NCBI RefSeq assembly: GCF_001194135.2
Contig: NC_068999.1
Span: forward strand, 25,919,368-25,983,367
Origin: Octopus bimaculoides
Lineage: Eukaryota
Length of the DNA: 64,000 bases
Direction: 5' to 3'
Part shown: positions 48,460-60,620 of the stretch, one piece after another
Position numbering within the stretch: the first letter of the stretch is position 1
Layout of the letters: every line of letters begins with the position of its first letter
Position numbers and translations under genes: made by a program
Notes under the pieces: model-generated
Seen by the model: only the letters and a program-made list of their open reading frames with translations
What the model was told of the DNA's origin: nothing
The model's database searches: none

Positions 48460-49324
48460 GATCGTTGCTAGTGCCTCTGGACTGGCTTGTGTGGGTGGCA
48501 CATAAAAGACACCATTTCGAGCGTGGCCATTGCCAGTATCGCCTGACTGGCCTTCGTGCAGGTGACACGTAAAAGCACCTACTACACTCTCTGAGTGGTT
48601 GGCGTTAGGAAGGGCATCCAGCTGTAGAAACTCTGCCAAATTTAGATTGGAGCCTGGTGTTGCCATCCGGTTTCACCAGTCCTCAGTCAAATCGTCCAAC
48701 CCATGCTAGCATGGAAAGCGGACATTAAACGATGATGATGATGATGATGATGATATATGTATGTATNNNNNNNNNNNNNNNNNNNNNNNNNNNNNNNNNN
48801 NNNNNNNNNNNNNNNNNNNNNNNNNNNNNNNNNNNNNNNNNNNNNNNNNNNNNNNNNNNNNNNNNNNNNNNNNNNNNNNNNNNNNNNNNNNNNNNNNNNN
48901 NNNNNNNNNNNNNNNNNNNNNNNNNNNNNNNNNNNNNNNNNNNNNNNNNNNNNNNNNNNNNNNNNNNNNNNNNNNNNNNNNNNNNNNNNNNNNNNNNNNN
49001 NNNNNNNNCTATATATATATATATATATATAGATCGTTGCTAGTGCCTCTGGACTGGCTTGTGTGGGTGGCACATAAAAGACACCATTTCGAGCGTGGCC
49101 ATTGCCAGTATCGCCTGACTGGCCTTCGTGCAGGTGACACGTAAAAGCACCTACTACACTCTCTGAGTGGTTGGCGTTAGGAAGGGCATCCAGCTGTAGA
49201 AACTCTGCCAAATTTAGATTGGAGCCTGGTGTTGCCATCCGGTTTCACCAGTCCTCAGTCAAATCGTCCAACCCATGCTAGCATGGAAAGCGGACATTAA
49301 ACGATGATGATGATGATGATGATG
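48460..49324 (+). mobile_element. RTE-type 3' tail copy present twice, identically, either side of an N gap
   Basis: 48460-48752 equals 49032-49324, including flanks. Probably an assembly overlap. Confidence 0.8.
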
Positions 49325-49339
49325 ATATATGTATGTATA

Positions 49340-49950
49340 TGTATATCATCAACAGTATCATTTTCCATGTTTTTCTATGCTTGTATGGGTTGTACAGGTC
49401 TTTTCTAACAACCCCATTTTACTTGTTGTGATCACTTGTCATATTTTTTGTGAGGTTCAACATCCTGAGATCTGAGATCAGTCTTCATTCCTTCTGACCA
49501 TGTCTTCTTCAGTCCTCTTTTTCTGAACGTTCCTTCCACTTGGATCTCCTCGCACTTCTTTACCTTACTCTCATCCTCCATATACATCACATATCCATAT
49601 GCGCATTGTCTTCTCTTATGTATAATGCAACTGGTTCCTCTTATTTAAACTTTTTGTCTCATTTGTGTTCCGTCATTGATGTACACTTATGTTACACATT
49701 CATTGGTGCACATACTCATTTCATTATATTTACTTACATTTAGATCCTCTTACATTGTGAGATGTAAAAACTTCCTCCAGTATATCTAATCTTCCCCAGT
49801 TCTTTTCACTCCTGTCCAACTGGACCTCATGCATTTGATCTTTTCCTAGGATGTCTAGTGCCAACTGTTCACCAACTTCCTTCCGCAATTTGCTACTTAT
49901 GATATCTATATCATTGAAGTATTTGCTTACTGATTTCCTGGAAGGCATGA
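49340..49950 (-). mobile_element. Old internally deleted RTE linking the ORF end to the (GAT)-type tail
   Basis: YGYVMYMEDESKVKKCEEIQVEG..RKRGLKKTWSEGMKTDL, then acaacccatacaagcatagaaaaac. A possible endonuclease N-terminal remnant (KL....EQLALDILG) lies at 49800-49900. Confidence 0.6.
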
Positions 49951-50244
49951 AATATGTATGTGTATGTGTATTAAATACCACAAATTAGTAGATTAATTGT
50001 CCATTACTGCACAGTTTTATCAGTAGGATTTTTCAAATGATATGCGTAGATTTATTTATATGTTGCCATCTTCAGAAATTATGGAATCCTGTATCATATG
50101 CAAAATAGACCACATGATCCCTGTGAATTGATCTACACATACCGTTTGAAAGATCCTACTAATGAAACTAGTTTTTTTTTTCAATGCATATACATTCACT
50201 CTACAATAGCATTGAGTTCTTTTTGTGCATTTTCTATTTCATCA

Positions 50245-50276
50245 CATTATGGTATATGTATGTATGTATGTATGTA

Positions 50277-50351
<75 letters not shown>

Positions 50352-50470
50352 ATGCATGCATGCATGCATATATACATACATACACAGTCATGCATGTGTT
50401 CATGCATGTGTTCATACATGTGTATATGTATGCATGTACATACATACATATGTATGTCTATACACATACA
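50245..50470. repeat. Compound microsatellite (TATG/TA/TG/CATG)
   Basis: Directly visible. Similar tracts occur at 11550-11830, 15500-15850, 46320-46600 (GTG/GAT), 54840-54980, 61250-61425 (ATGG) and 63170-63250. Confidence 0.9.
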
Positions 50471-51184
50471 TCTTTAAAAACTGTTTTTGACACCTCTCTA
50501 CACAATTGTCATTACCATTAATGCTACTAATGCAATCGCTATTATTATCTATTTTTTGTTTTTCTATTGTTTTCTTTTAGGATTTCATTTTGTATGTACT
50601 TTTTTGCTGTACTCTTTTTTTCTCTTTCATTTTTGTATTCCTAATCATGAAATAATAAAAATCAATCAGATGTTTATAAATCCGTGTTTTTTCCACAAAA
50701 TGTGATAATTGTGTTTTGTGTCCATTTTCTTTCACTCTTTTTTTTTTTTCCGCAAATGAACCAAATATTGTTACAACAGGTAAGTAGGGCAGGTTAACAA
50801 AGTGTATTTTCTATTCATTGAAAATTAATCTAATCCATTGCTATGTCATTTACATCAAGTTAGTAAAAACTGTGCTGATTGCTAGATTTATCTGTAGCTT
50901 ATATCATATTTTATGATATTTTCTTTTATTTTTGTTCCTTTTTCATTTCAATCTTGACATTATCGATACTGAAATGTGCATTAATTGAAAGATATTTTTT
51001 AAGTCCATTTAGTAGTGACTCTAGTTTCTCAATCAATGAGAATGTTTGATATTATTTTGTATCAGCAAGAGAGAATTGTTGGAAAATTTGGAAAAAATGC
51101 CTTGTGGTATTCATTCTGGCTATTTTACATTCTAAACTCAAATTTTACTGAGGTCAACATTCTTTCAGGGGTCAATGATATTAA

Positions 51185-51361
51185 CCCTTTAGCATTCAGA
51201 TTACTCTGCCACATGTAATGTTTATTTATTCACATTGTTTTGTATTAATCATGCATTATTTTGTAGTTTTGAGATTTCGAAGATGTGATTGTTTATTTTT
51301 AAAATGACATTGTAAGGTGTGTGTGTGAGAGAGAGGTTTGATCTGGCCAGTTTGAACATAA
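51185..51361. mobile_element. piggyBac-type MITE, truncated by a PLE
   Basis: TTAA|ccctttagcattcagattactctg..., homologous to 22547-22764. The right TIR is missing. Confidence 0.75.
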
Positions 51362-51364
51362 ATT

Positions 51365-52350
51365 GTTATGTATTGTGTTCCATTGGTGGGTTCATCTATG
51401 TCATGTTGCCCAAAGTTGTTCTATAGGTATCTCTTTTGTTCATTGTATGGTATTTTCTATAAGTAGGCGAAGGTATTTTTGCTTGAGCAGAAATCCTTTG
51501 AGTTCTTTAAGTTGTATGTTCCTGGTATTTGGATCATCTACTATAGTACAAATTTTCCTAGCTAGACAGTGCAGTATGTTGCGTTTTGTGCATGTTGGGT
51601 AGCATGATTTGAAATTTAGGTAGTGGTGTGTATCTGTGCTTTTGTAATAAATATCAGTTGTGATTGTGGTGTTGTTTTTAATTACAGACAACAAATCCGG
51701 AACACTAATGTTTGCCAAATTCCATTGAGCAAACTTATAGAAACATGTGGTCAGAAAATGTTTCTAACTTTTCCTTTCCACAAACTACATGATGCAAGTG
51801 AGGTTGAAAGAAAGATAAAGGAAAAATGTTTTATCAAAATGTTCAAACCTTTTCTGAACAGAAATAACAACAATAATATAACAACCAGTTAATGATGTGA
51901 ATTAAAAAATATCTTTAACATATGAATGTAAACAAATTACAGAAGATTCCCACCAATTGAAATAAAAACAACCGAAACCAACTAAGTTTGCTCACTCAAA
52001 AAACCATTACATGTAAACCGCAAGCTAATTGATTAAAATAAAGGCAAGATCTATGCCAGTAATATTGGTGCACCTGGCAAACTGTGATGTTTAAGTTGCA
52101 TGCTGATTGATCAAAACCATATTCGAAAAATTCAGCTTGTCAGAGGCTTCTAAAAAGTATAAATAGGAAGAAGTCAGTCATTTTACTACAGTTGTCAAGC
52201 ACTCAACTCAACTGTCAGTTAATAGATTTTGAAATCTGGTGATTACTACAAATGTATGAAAGCACTAACTGAAGTTTATGAACATTACTAAATATTTTTC
52301 TAAAATACAATAATAAAGAACGTGAAAACCAGACCATGTTGTAACTTTAT
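51365..52350. mobile_element. Neptune-like PLE fragment with internal inversion
   Basis: Minus 51440-51700: TTDIYYKSTDTHHYLNFKSCYPTCTKRNI...LARKICTIV (RT thumb). Plus 51705-51870: IPLSKLIETCG..FPF.KL...ERKIKEKCFIKMFKPFLN (endonuclease C-terminus), then 3' UTR. Confidence 0.78.
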
Positions 52351-53259
52351 TCAACTAATACACACACACACACACACACACAAACACGTACATGTACGCT
52401 ATAACAACTTCTCTAAACTTTCATGTATGCTTAAAATATAGTTTGTTTTACTTTTTATAATTAACACAAAAATATTTTCTGCAGAGGTAGTAATTTTTAG
52501 CCTACATTTAGACTTTGTACCAACACACTTTACAAGTACTGTAACTTTGAAAAGCAGTCTCCGTTTAAAAAGTAACCCTGCCTATGTATTCTATCTGGCC
52601 TATAATAATTCAAATTAAACATTACCCACTTTGTCTAGTTAAACTGAATTCCAAATCTATAAGGTGCCAACAATCTTATAAAGACTAAGAAAGGAATCAT
52701 AATACTGAGGAAGAATCGATAATAATAGATAGAAATTCTCAAATGCTTGATGAAAATATGTAGGGTTGGGGGAAAATCATAGAAAAAAAGATTCAACATA
52801 AAACAATGAAAGCAGGTTGTGTCTTCTAAATGACAATAAAATTCCTGCTCTGGACAATAACATACTTCATAAAATAAACAAACAGTTAATAGATTAAAGT
52901 TACACATCTCTGGTGCCATGAACTCTTCCAAGAAATTATAAGAATACAAAATCGATTAGTTTGAAAATATATAAACAAAATGCAAAAGATAGATTGTTAC
53001 TAAAATTAAAATTATACTGAAATCTTTCATACTTTAATTATTGTGTATGTTATTGTTTAATGTTGCCTTTCATCTTTTTAAGATCAATAAATGCACCAGT
53101 TAAAAACTGGATCAATGAGGCTCACTCCTCCAAAGTCAACTTTACCTTTCATCCTTTTGGGGTTGATAAATTAAGTACCAGTGAAACACTGGGGTTGATG
53201 TAATTGACTAGTTCCTTCCCACCAAATTTCAGGCCTTGTGCTTCTAGTAGAAAGGATTA

Positions 53260-53302
<43 letters not shown>

Positions 53303-53813
53303 AGCGGTGAGCTGGCAGAATCGTTACTGCGCTGGACAAAATGCTTTCCGGCATTTTGTCTGTCTTTACATTCTGAGTTCATATTCCGCTGAGCTCAACT
53401 TTGCCTTTCATCCTTTTGAGTACCAGTTACGCACTGGGGTCGATGTAATCGACTATCCTCCTCCCCCAAATTTCAGGCCTTGTGCCTATAGTAGAAAGGA
53501 TTATTATTATTCTTATTATTATTGTATGAAAACTCACAGCTTATTTTGCTGGGTATGATGGAAAATCTCAGCTGTCCACAGCCAGCAGACTAAGGTGTTT
53601 ACTGGTCATGCTTTAAGAGAACCCTGCAAAGAATTCTTGCAGTTCCAAGTGAAGGTATTCTACTTCACACTTGTACCAATCTTTTTCAAATGAGGAATTA
53701 TGTACATTATTTACATTTGATGGATATTTGTCCTAATTCAGCCTTCATCAGGTGTCTTGGGGAAATTTTGAACCTGGGTCCTCATTCCTAAGGTTATTAT
53801 TATTATTATTATT

Positions 53814-53887
53814 CAGGTCACTGCCTGGAATGGAACTCAGAATCTTGGGGTTAGTATTCCGTGCTCTTAACCACTATGCCATATGCC
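53814..53887 (-). promoter_or_regulatory. tRNA-derived Pol III module inside the PLE 3' UTR
   Basis: GGCATATGGCATAGTGGTTAAGAGCACGGAATACTAACCCCAAGATTCTGAGTTCCATTCCAGGCAGTGACCTG: A box TGGCATAGTGG and B-box-like GTTCCATTCC, followed by (TAA)n. Confidence 0.7.
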
Positions 53888-54167
53888 TATGGGCAATTAT
53901 GGAGTGAATTTTAGGGCTTATAAATCTAATATTTTCCTATCCTTCCTTAATACCGGTTCTCATATGCTACTCATATCTGCACTTGGTCTGCTTAGAAGGT
54001 TGTTGTGTCCTAGCATATGTGCTGCTTCTTTTAGTTTCCGTATTTTCCAGTGATGTTCTGTGTCTATTATTTTAATTTCATCCCACAGGGGGAGGTGGTC
54101 TCCATTTCTCTATACATGATTAGCTATACCCGATTTATCAATATCTCCAGGTTCGAAATTTCCCCAA

Positions 54168-54210
54168 GACACCTGATGAAGGCTGGAGGGTATATCAGCC
54201 GAAACATGTT
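54168..54210 (+). ncRNA. Type-I hammerhead ribozyme motif in a PLE pseudo-LTR (stem III/I possibly damaged)
   Basis: GACAC-CUGAUGA-A-GGCUG(gaggguauau)CAGCC-GAAAC-AUGUU: intact core and 5-bp stem II. The cleavage-site register is imperfect in this copy. Confidence 0.75.
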
Positions 54211-54291
54211 AACAACAAACAAGATGAGGACAAATATCCGTCAAATGTAAATAATGTACAATCTTTTTCAGCCATGTTGGTAGTGAGTGCT

Positions 54292-54329
<38 letters not shown>

Positions 54330-54873
54330 TGAATTCTTTGTATTTATGTATGTTACGGTCTTGCCAATAATGTCTAATGTCAAGAAATTCATAATTAGGT
54401 CTTGTAAGGTAAAACCAGATTTTACATAAAGCAGTATATGAGGAGTCATTGAAAGGGAGAGATGTCAGTGGACACAGCTCAAATATTACATAATGCATAA
54501 TTTATATATATATTTTATATATAATTCTACTCCTGCTACTTCCATTCCTATTTCATGGTTGAATGATTTCTGAGTAAGAGATCCATTCAGCTGTAAAAAC
54601 TATTACTTACTCAAATAAACACTCTCACCTATGTAATCATGAAGAAATAGATGTGAATAGGATATCAACATCATCATCTTCATCATCATCATAATTTTAT
54701 ACACGCATTTCCATTCTTGCATGGGTTAGGCAGAATTCACTGAGGTAGGTTTTCTATAACTGGATGCCTTTTTAAGCAGAAGATTGTAAATAAACAACAC
54801 CACTTGTATTATGATGACACTCTTTAATAATTATTGTTTTGTGTCAAGACAAGGAGATATTCACTCACACACA

Positions 54874-54914
<41 letters not shown>

Positions 54915-56251
54915 GTATGCATACATATCTGTGTGTATGTGTGTGTATGTGTATGTGTGTGTATATGTATGTGTGTGAGTGTGCTCATATTGTAGCTTTA
55001 CTTTGCCATCATAATTTTATGTCAGTAATGTTCAAAGCACTAACTTCAAACTATTTTACAAAATTCCTTCAAATCCTTGATTATTTTCAAAATTTATAAC
55101 ATATAAGCAATGCATTACATTAGGAATATACTCTTGAAAAAGGTTAAAATATTTTCTCTAAAAATTTTTTTAGGAAAAGAATATAATTTGAAATGAAGCA
55201 TGATAAACTAGCATCCTGAATAAACTAGTGGCAAATTTAAAATGTATTTTATTTTAATCATTTTTCTGTTATTTCTATACCTTCAAACTTATGTTTTACA
55301 AAAATTCTTTCAATTTTTAAACAATGTTATTCTTTTATATAGCGCTCTATTTAGTTGTATAATTTTTTTAATATCCTGTAAAATGTAGAAAAGTAACAGT
55401 ATTAGATTGAACCTGTAAATAACTATGAAGTGAAAATGAAACTGTTCTATTTTTATTGTATTGTTGAAGCATCATGGATGACCGTTTTTTAATGCAATAT
55501 TTCAACAAAAGTCAGTCTGAGTTTATCTCTTTCTAGGTTACTGAATGTAGTTGAATGTTTTTACAATGAGGAATAGTTGAACTAGGAATCAAAATTGTGA
55601 CAAACCCAATTTTCTATGGGCCCGTCACCACTTTGTGTTGCTTGCAAATATATTGCTATATTATCAACATATGAACAGATTAACTTTTAGAATAATTTAA
55701 ACTAGCTGTGGCCATGGAAATACCATTGTTATTTTGAAAACAATAACATTGTTGAAAGTTTATAGAGAACCATGAAATACATAATCTCTTTCAAAATTGT
55801 ACTTTTTATTTGGAGCATTTGATTTATAAGATAGTGTAAAATTCATATAGACAGTACTCAAGATGAAGTCTTTGGAGAGAGAACAGCTTGAAGTTTATAC
55901 CCTTTGTTATTCATTTGTCATCTATTCCATCTGGAGAATTGTTAGTGCTAATTTTAGCTTTACTTTAAAAAAGTAAACAATCTTTACTATGTAATATAAT
56001 TGAAAACATAATCTCTCTATAATATTATTCTGTTACTATATGACTACATTGATAACATTTTAATATTCTAGTTTCATTTCAAATGTGTATGGTGGGACTT
56101 GAATCTACAATTCCAGTGCAAAAGTACAGTAGCTGCTCCACTGAGGACAGCGGTATGTCAGCGATGTGTGTGTGTGTGATACATAAATTGTCTTGTGAAT
56201 GATAATAATAATAATATCTTTAATAGTAATGATGATGATAATAATTATTAT

Positions 56252-56393
56252 TTAGGAAGGGCATCCAGCTGTAGAAACTCTGCCAAATTTAGATTGGAGC
56301 CTGGTGTTGCCATCCGGTTTCACCAGTCCTCAGTCAAGTCGTCCAACCCATGCTAGCATGGAAAGCGCACGTTAAACGATGATGATGATGATT
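56252..56393 (+). mobile_element. RTE-type 3' tail, short young copy
   Basis: Shares the gttgccatccggtttcacc variant with the copies at 48460 and 58757. Sits in a (TAA/TGA)n tract. Confidence 0.85.
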
Positions 56394-56609
56394 ATTAAAG
56401 GCAGCAAGCTGACAGAATTATTTGTATGCCAAGAAAAATGCTTGGCAGCGTTTTGTCCATCTTCACATTCTCAGTTTAAACTCTACCAAGCTCAGCTTTG
56501 CCTTTCATCCTTTCAGGGTTGATAAAATAAGTATCAGTTGAACACTGGGGTCAATGTAATCAACTTACCCATTCCCTGAAATTACTAACCTTGTGCCAAA
56601 GTTTTCAAT

Positions 56610-56990
56610 CATCATCATTGTCATCATTATTATCTTCCTTATCACAACCTTACAGATGTATTTTCTTTGTATCAGATCACTTCCCATGACCTCAGGTAAC
56701 TAAGAATCATTTCATAATTCTCCCTGTCCCAAATAAACAAGTATTTTGATGTAGTGTTGTATTAACTTCAATCCTGATCTTCTTGACCCATCCCCCCAGT
56801 CTGCTGGTCACTGTACTGAGGGCTCCTACAATGACAGGAATGGTACAAACCTTCCTCAGTTGTAAATCTTGGTATCCATCAATCTTATTAATTTCTTGTT
56901 CAGTCATTTTGGTAGGATAACTATATAACATCTAGAATTTTCTACTGTGTTGTTAGTCTGTATCTTCATGTCACACTTTTTTCTCCAAAT
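56610..56990 (-). mobile_element. R4/Dong/NeSL-like non-LTR retrotransposon 3' fragment (restriction-like endonuclease)
   Basis: CDMKIQTNN...RCYIV (cf. WD..IQTD...RPDIV), EQEINKIDGYQDL, IPVIVGALSTV, LHQNTCLFGTGRIM. The 3' end runs into (TAA/TGA)n. Confidence 0.75.
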
Positions 56991-58756
56991 TTCTTAAAAG
57001 TGAGGGTCCACTGGTGAGTGACATTAGGAGAATATATCTGCAGTAGATCTGGCTTTACAAACCCCAAAATGATGGTCATTGAAGAGGGAGAGAGATTCAA
57101 GTTGCTGGAGATGATTATTGTTAATGGCTGACTCCATTACCTTTGAACTCTGTGCTTCACATTGGAACATATCCTACCTACAATAGCTAGAATATACCTG
57201 AGACATTTACAGTATATTGATTTTGTTGGAATAATAGTGGTATTAGGGTGGATCAGAGCTAATATCTTGTCTTTACAAAACAGTAATGAGAACTTCCCTA
57301 CAAGTGGGTGTCAACTGCTCCTAAAAAGTATCCTGTGTTATAGATAATCTATAGTAATGCTTATTACCGGTTTTACAGATTTTAACCGTCAGATAATTAA
57401 ACTTCGACATTGCATCCGTTATGTGAGATCCACACTCCCTATAATACTGGGTTGTGAAATATTTTAATATTAATAACATTCTGACAAATCTGTTAACTGT
57501 ACAGTTCCATGAGACACAACAATATCACTTTTCAACCAAAAACTGACATGTGATCCATTCAGCTCTCACCATTGTTGATTATAGTTGTCATTTAAAGTAT
57601 TAGAAAAAGCAGCCAAGCCGTATTTAAATCTCATTCAATTGTCTAAAAAAGCTGATATATAAGGCTATACTGAATAATAAAATACGATATATATATATAT
57701 AATGTCTGAATAAAAGATGGGAAGATCATGGTTGGAATTCTTTTGGTCATAGGTCTACTGAAACAAGGCTGATGTGGAGTTAAACAATAAATGCTATTTA
57801 TAACATTAGTAGCAACACGAAAATTACTGACAAATTTTGGAAATGCAAATCTAAAGGTTGCATTGCACTGGTGTGAGAAAATTACTAAATAGCTCAACAT
57901 TTTACATATTACTCATAGTGATTAATTCTTGTAAATGAGTTTTCATGGAGAAATTAGGTAACTATGTTATGTAAACACTTGGTGACAGAAGATCAACAGT
58001 TGATGATGTTGAGTGAAATGAAATCTTGTTTCTACAGCAGGCTTTGACCACAAGAGTAAACATTACCTGGTGATAACTAGACAGCCTTGATTAGGAGAAT
58101 AAATTGCTGTCAACTGGAAAAACTGACAAGGTTATATTTTTCAATGTAAAAATTGAGACTGACTCCTATATAAGTTACACTGTTTGCAGTAGAACTGTAA
58201 AGGAAATTATAATATTGGCAAACATTTACTTCTGCTTTTACAGAATGTGATTTTGGCAATAAATCTGTTATAATTTGAATATCATTGGAACCTCACTGAA
58301 CAATGTATCCATGTTGCAAATAGATGAAGTATAATAGGGATTTCTGAAATAATCCCATATGAAGGTTTTGGCTCAGCACTGCAGGTTAAAGACACATTCT
58401 TGTATTATATAGTGCTCTGATCGATTATAATACTAAACTTTACTTTAATATTTTATTATTTATAATAGCCAGGGAGGTATAAATACTGATAATATGAAGA
58501 GTTAACTCATTAATACCCTGATTCTGAAAACGCAGCTTCCTTTTTCTCCATTAGGAATTAGAATTTCAGCCAGTGCACTTAAACAAATTATAAAACTTCT
58601 TAGGTGACTTATGACTCACTGTTGTATTTTTGTTTAAAGTTGACTTCACTAGAGTTGATACATTAACCATAAAGTTTATCTCTGTAGATTTTCTGTAGAA
58701 TTCAGAGCCAACACTGCAAGTTACATTTTGTATATAAATACATCTATGCAGACAAT

Positions 58757-60127
58757 ATCATCATCATCATCATCATCATCATCGTTTAACGTCCGCTTTC
58801 CATGCTAGCATGGGTTGGACGATTTGACTGAGGACTGGTGAAACCGGATGGCAACACCAGGCTCCAGTCTGATTTGGCAGAGTTTTTACAGCTGGATGCC
58901 CTTCCTAACGCCAACCACTCAGAGAGTGTAGTGGGTGCTTTTACGTGTCACCCGCACGAAAACGGCCNNNNNNNNNNNNNNNNNNNNNNNNNNNNNNNNN
59001 NNNNNNNNNNNNNNNNNNNNNNNNNNNNNNNNNNNNNNNNNNNNNNNNNNNNNNNNNNNNNNNNNNNNNNNNNNNNNNNNNNNNNNNNNNNNNNNNNNNN
59101 NNNNNNNNNNNNNNNNNNNNNNNNNNNNNNNNNNNNNNNNNNNNNNNNNNNNNNNNNNNNNNNNNNNNNNNNNNNNNNNNNNNNNNNNNNNNNNNNNNNN
59201 NNNNNNNNNNNNNNNNNNNNNNNNNNNNNNNNNNNNNNNNNNNNNNNNNNNNNNNNNNNNNNNNNNNNNNNNNNNNNNNNNNNNNNNNNNNNNNNNNNNN
59301 NNNNNNNNNNNNNNNNNNNNNNNNNNNNNNNNNNNNNNNNNNNNNNNNNNNNNNNNNNNNNNNNNNNNNNNNNNNNNNNNNNNNNNNNNNNNNNNNNNNN
59401 NNNNNNNNNNNNNNNNNNNNNNNNNNNNNNNNNNNNNNNNNNNNNNNNNNNNNNNNNNNNNNNNNNNNNNNNNNNNNNNNNNNNNNNNNNNNNNNNNNNN
59501 NNNNNNNNNNNNNNNNNNNNNNNNNNNNNNNNNNNNNNNNNNNNNNNNNNNNNNNNNNNNNNNNNNNNNNNNNNNNNNNNNNNNNNNNNNNNNNNNNNNN
59601 NNNNNNNNNNNNNNNNNNNNNNNNNNNNNNNNNNNNNNNNNNNNNNNNNNNNNNNNNNNNNNNNNNNNNNNNNNNNNNNNNNNNNNNNNNNNNNNNNNNN
59701 NNNNNNNNNNNNNNNNNNNNNNNNNNNNNNNNNNNNNNNNNNNNNNNNNNNNNNNNNNNNNNNNNNNNNNNNNNNNNNNNNNNNNNNNNNNNGCGTCATA
59801 CAGTCTGCCTTTTACTCTGAGTGAGAGTCCCTTTGTCGCCAGCAGGGGTAAGAGCTCTCTAAACTTTGCCCAGGCTATTCTTATTCTAGCAGCTACACTT
59901 TCAGCGCACCCACCCCCACTACTAACTTGGTCGCCCAGATAGCGGAAGCTATCGACTACCTCTAGTTTTTCACCCTGGAATGAGATAGAAGTTGTTTCCT
60001 GTTTGTTTGCAGTCTTTATTGCACCTGAACATCTGCCACAAACAAAAACTAACTTGCTAGTTAACCTGCCTTTGATGTTGCTGCACCTCTTATGTGTCCA
60101 TAGCTTGCACCGGGTACATCTTATGAT
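58757..60127 (-). mobile_element. Young RTE LINE spanning an N gap (RT fragment 60127-59793, gap, 3' tail 58967-58757)
   Basis: Both pieces are on the minus strand and collinear. The 825-N gap is about the length expected for the missing ORF end plus UTR. Continuity across the gap is inferred. Confidence 0.7.
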
Positions 60128-60239
60128 TAAGGATAAAAAACAAAATGGTTAATGAGTGTATATGCACATTTCAAGGGTTATTGCTCTTTCATCACCACCA
60201 CATCCAACTCATTGCTTACATACCCACTAAGTTTAGTGG

Positions 60240-60620
60240 TGTAACACAATTGGATTGACAATTTCACATATTAAACACATTCCTGGTAACTGGCACATAC
60301 AAATTAATTGCTGGTAAGAACACAGTATTTCATTTTGCAACCATAGTATACTACCAAGTATATTAAAGGTTTACAAGTCAATATTGTGTCTTACTTTTTG
60401 TGTTAGCAGTGCAGTATTCTCACTTTTAAGTTTTACAGTGCTGTCTCTTAATTCTATGGAAAATCTGTAGAGTTAAACTTAAAAGTGAGAATATCGCACT
60501 GCTAACATAAGATATGACACAATACTAACTTGCAAACCTTTAATATACTTGGTAATGTATTATGGTTGCAAAATAAGATATTGTGCCCTTACCAGCAATA
60601 AACCATCCAATTAACAGTTA
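60240..60620. repeat. Fold-back (long hairpin) element
   Basis: Arms 60308-60436 and 60472-60598 are imperfect reverse complements (~130 bp) around a ~35-nt loop. Outer gtaac..aattggat / atccaatt..gttac extend the symmetry. Confidence 0.85.

Larger units (their letters stand above)
53689..54260 (-). mobile_element. Penelope/Poseidon-like PLE 3' end with inverted pseudo-LTR and TSD
   Basis: Minus 54146-53918: KSGIANHV*RNGDHLPLWDEIKIIDTEHHWKIRKLKEAAHM..LLSRPS..S.I*EPV (GIY-YIG C-terminus). Arms 53701-53777 and 54147-54260 are inverted repeats. (a)atctttttca is duplicated at 53678-53688 and 54260-54270. Confidence 0.85.

Noticed and set aside
48430-49340. Apparent perfect ~330-bp tandem duplication
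   Set aside because: Identical copies directly flank an N gap, the signature of an unmerged contig overlap. The same pattern occurs at ~26375-26510 and ~38570-38690.
52310-52355. Possible hammerhead remnant (gtgaaaacc...gtaact) after the 51.4-kb Neptune fragment
   Set aside because: No recognisable CUGANGA or UUGAAAA core upstream.
57378-57421. Plus-strand micro-exon DFNRQIIKLRHCIRY (also MNQILLQQ|gtaagt at ~50756-50779)
   Set aside because: Splice-like signals only, with no homology and no partner exons. This is expected by chance in 64 kb.
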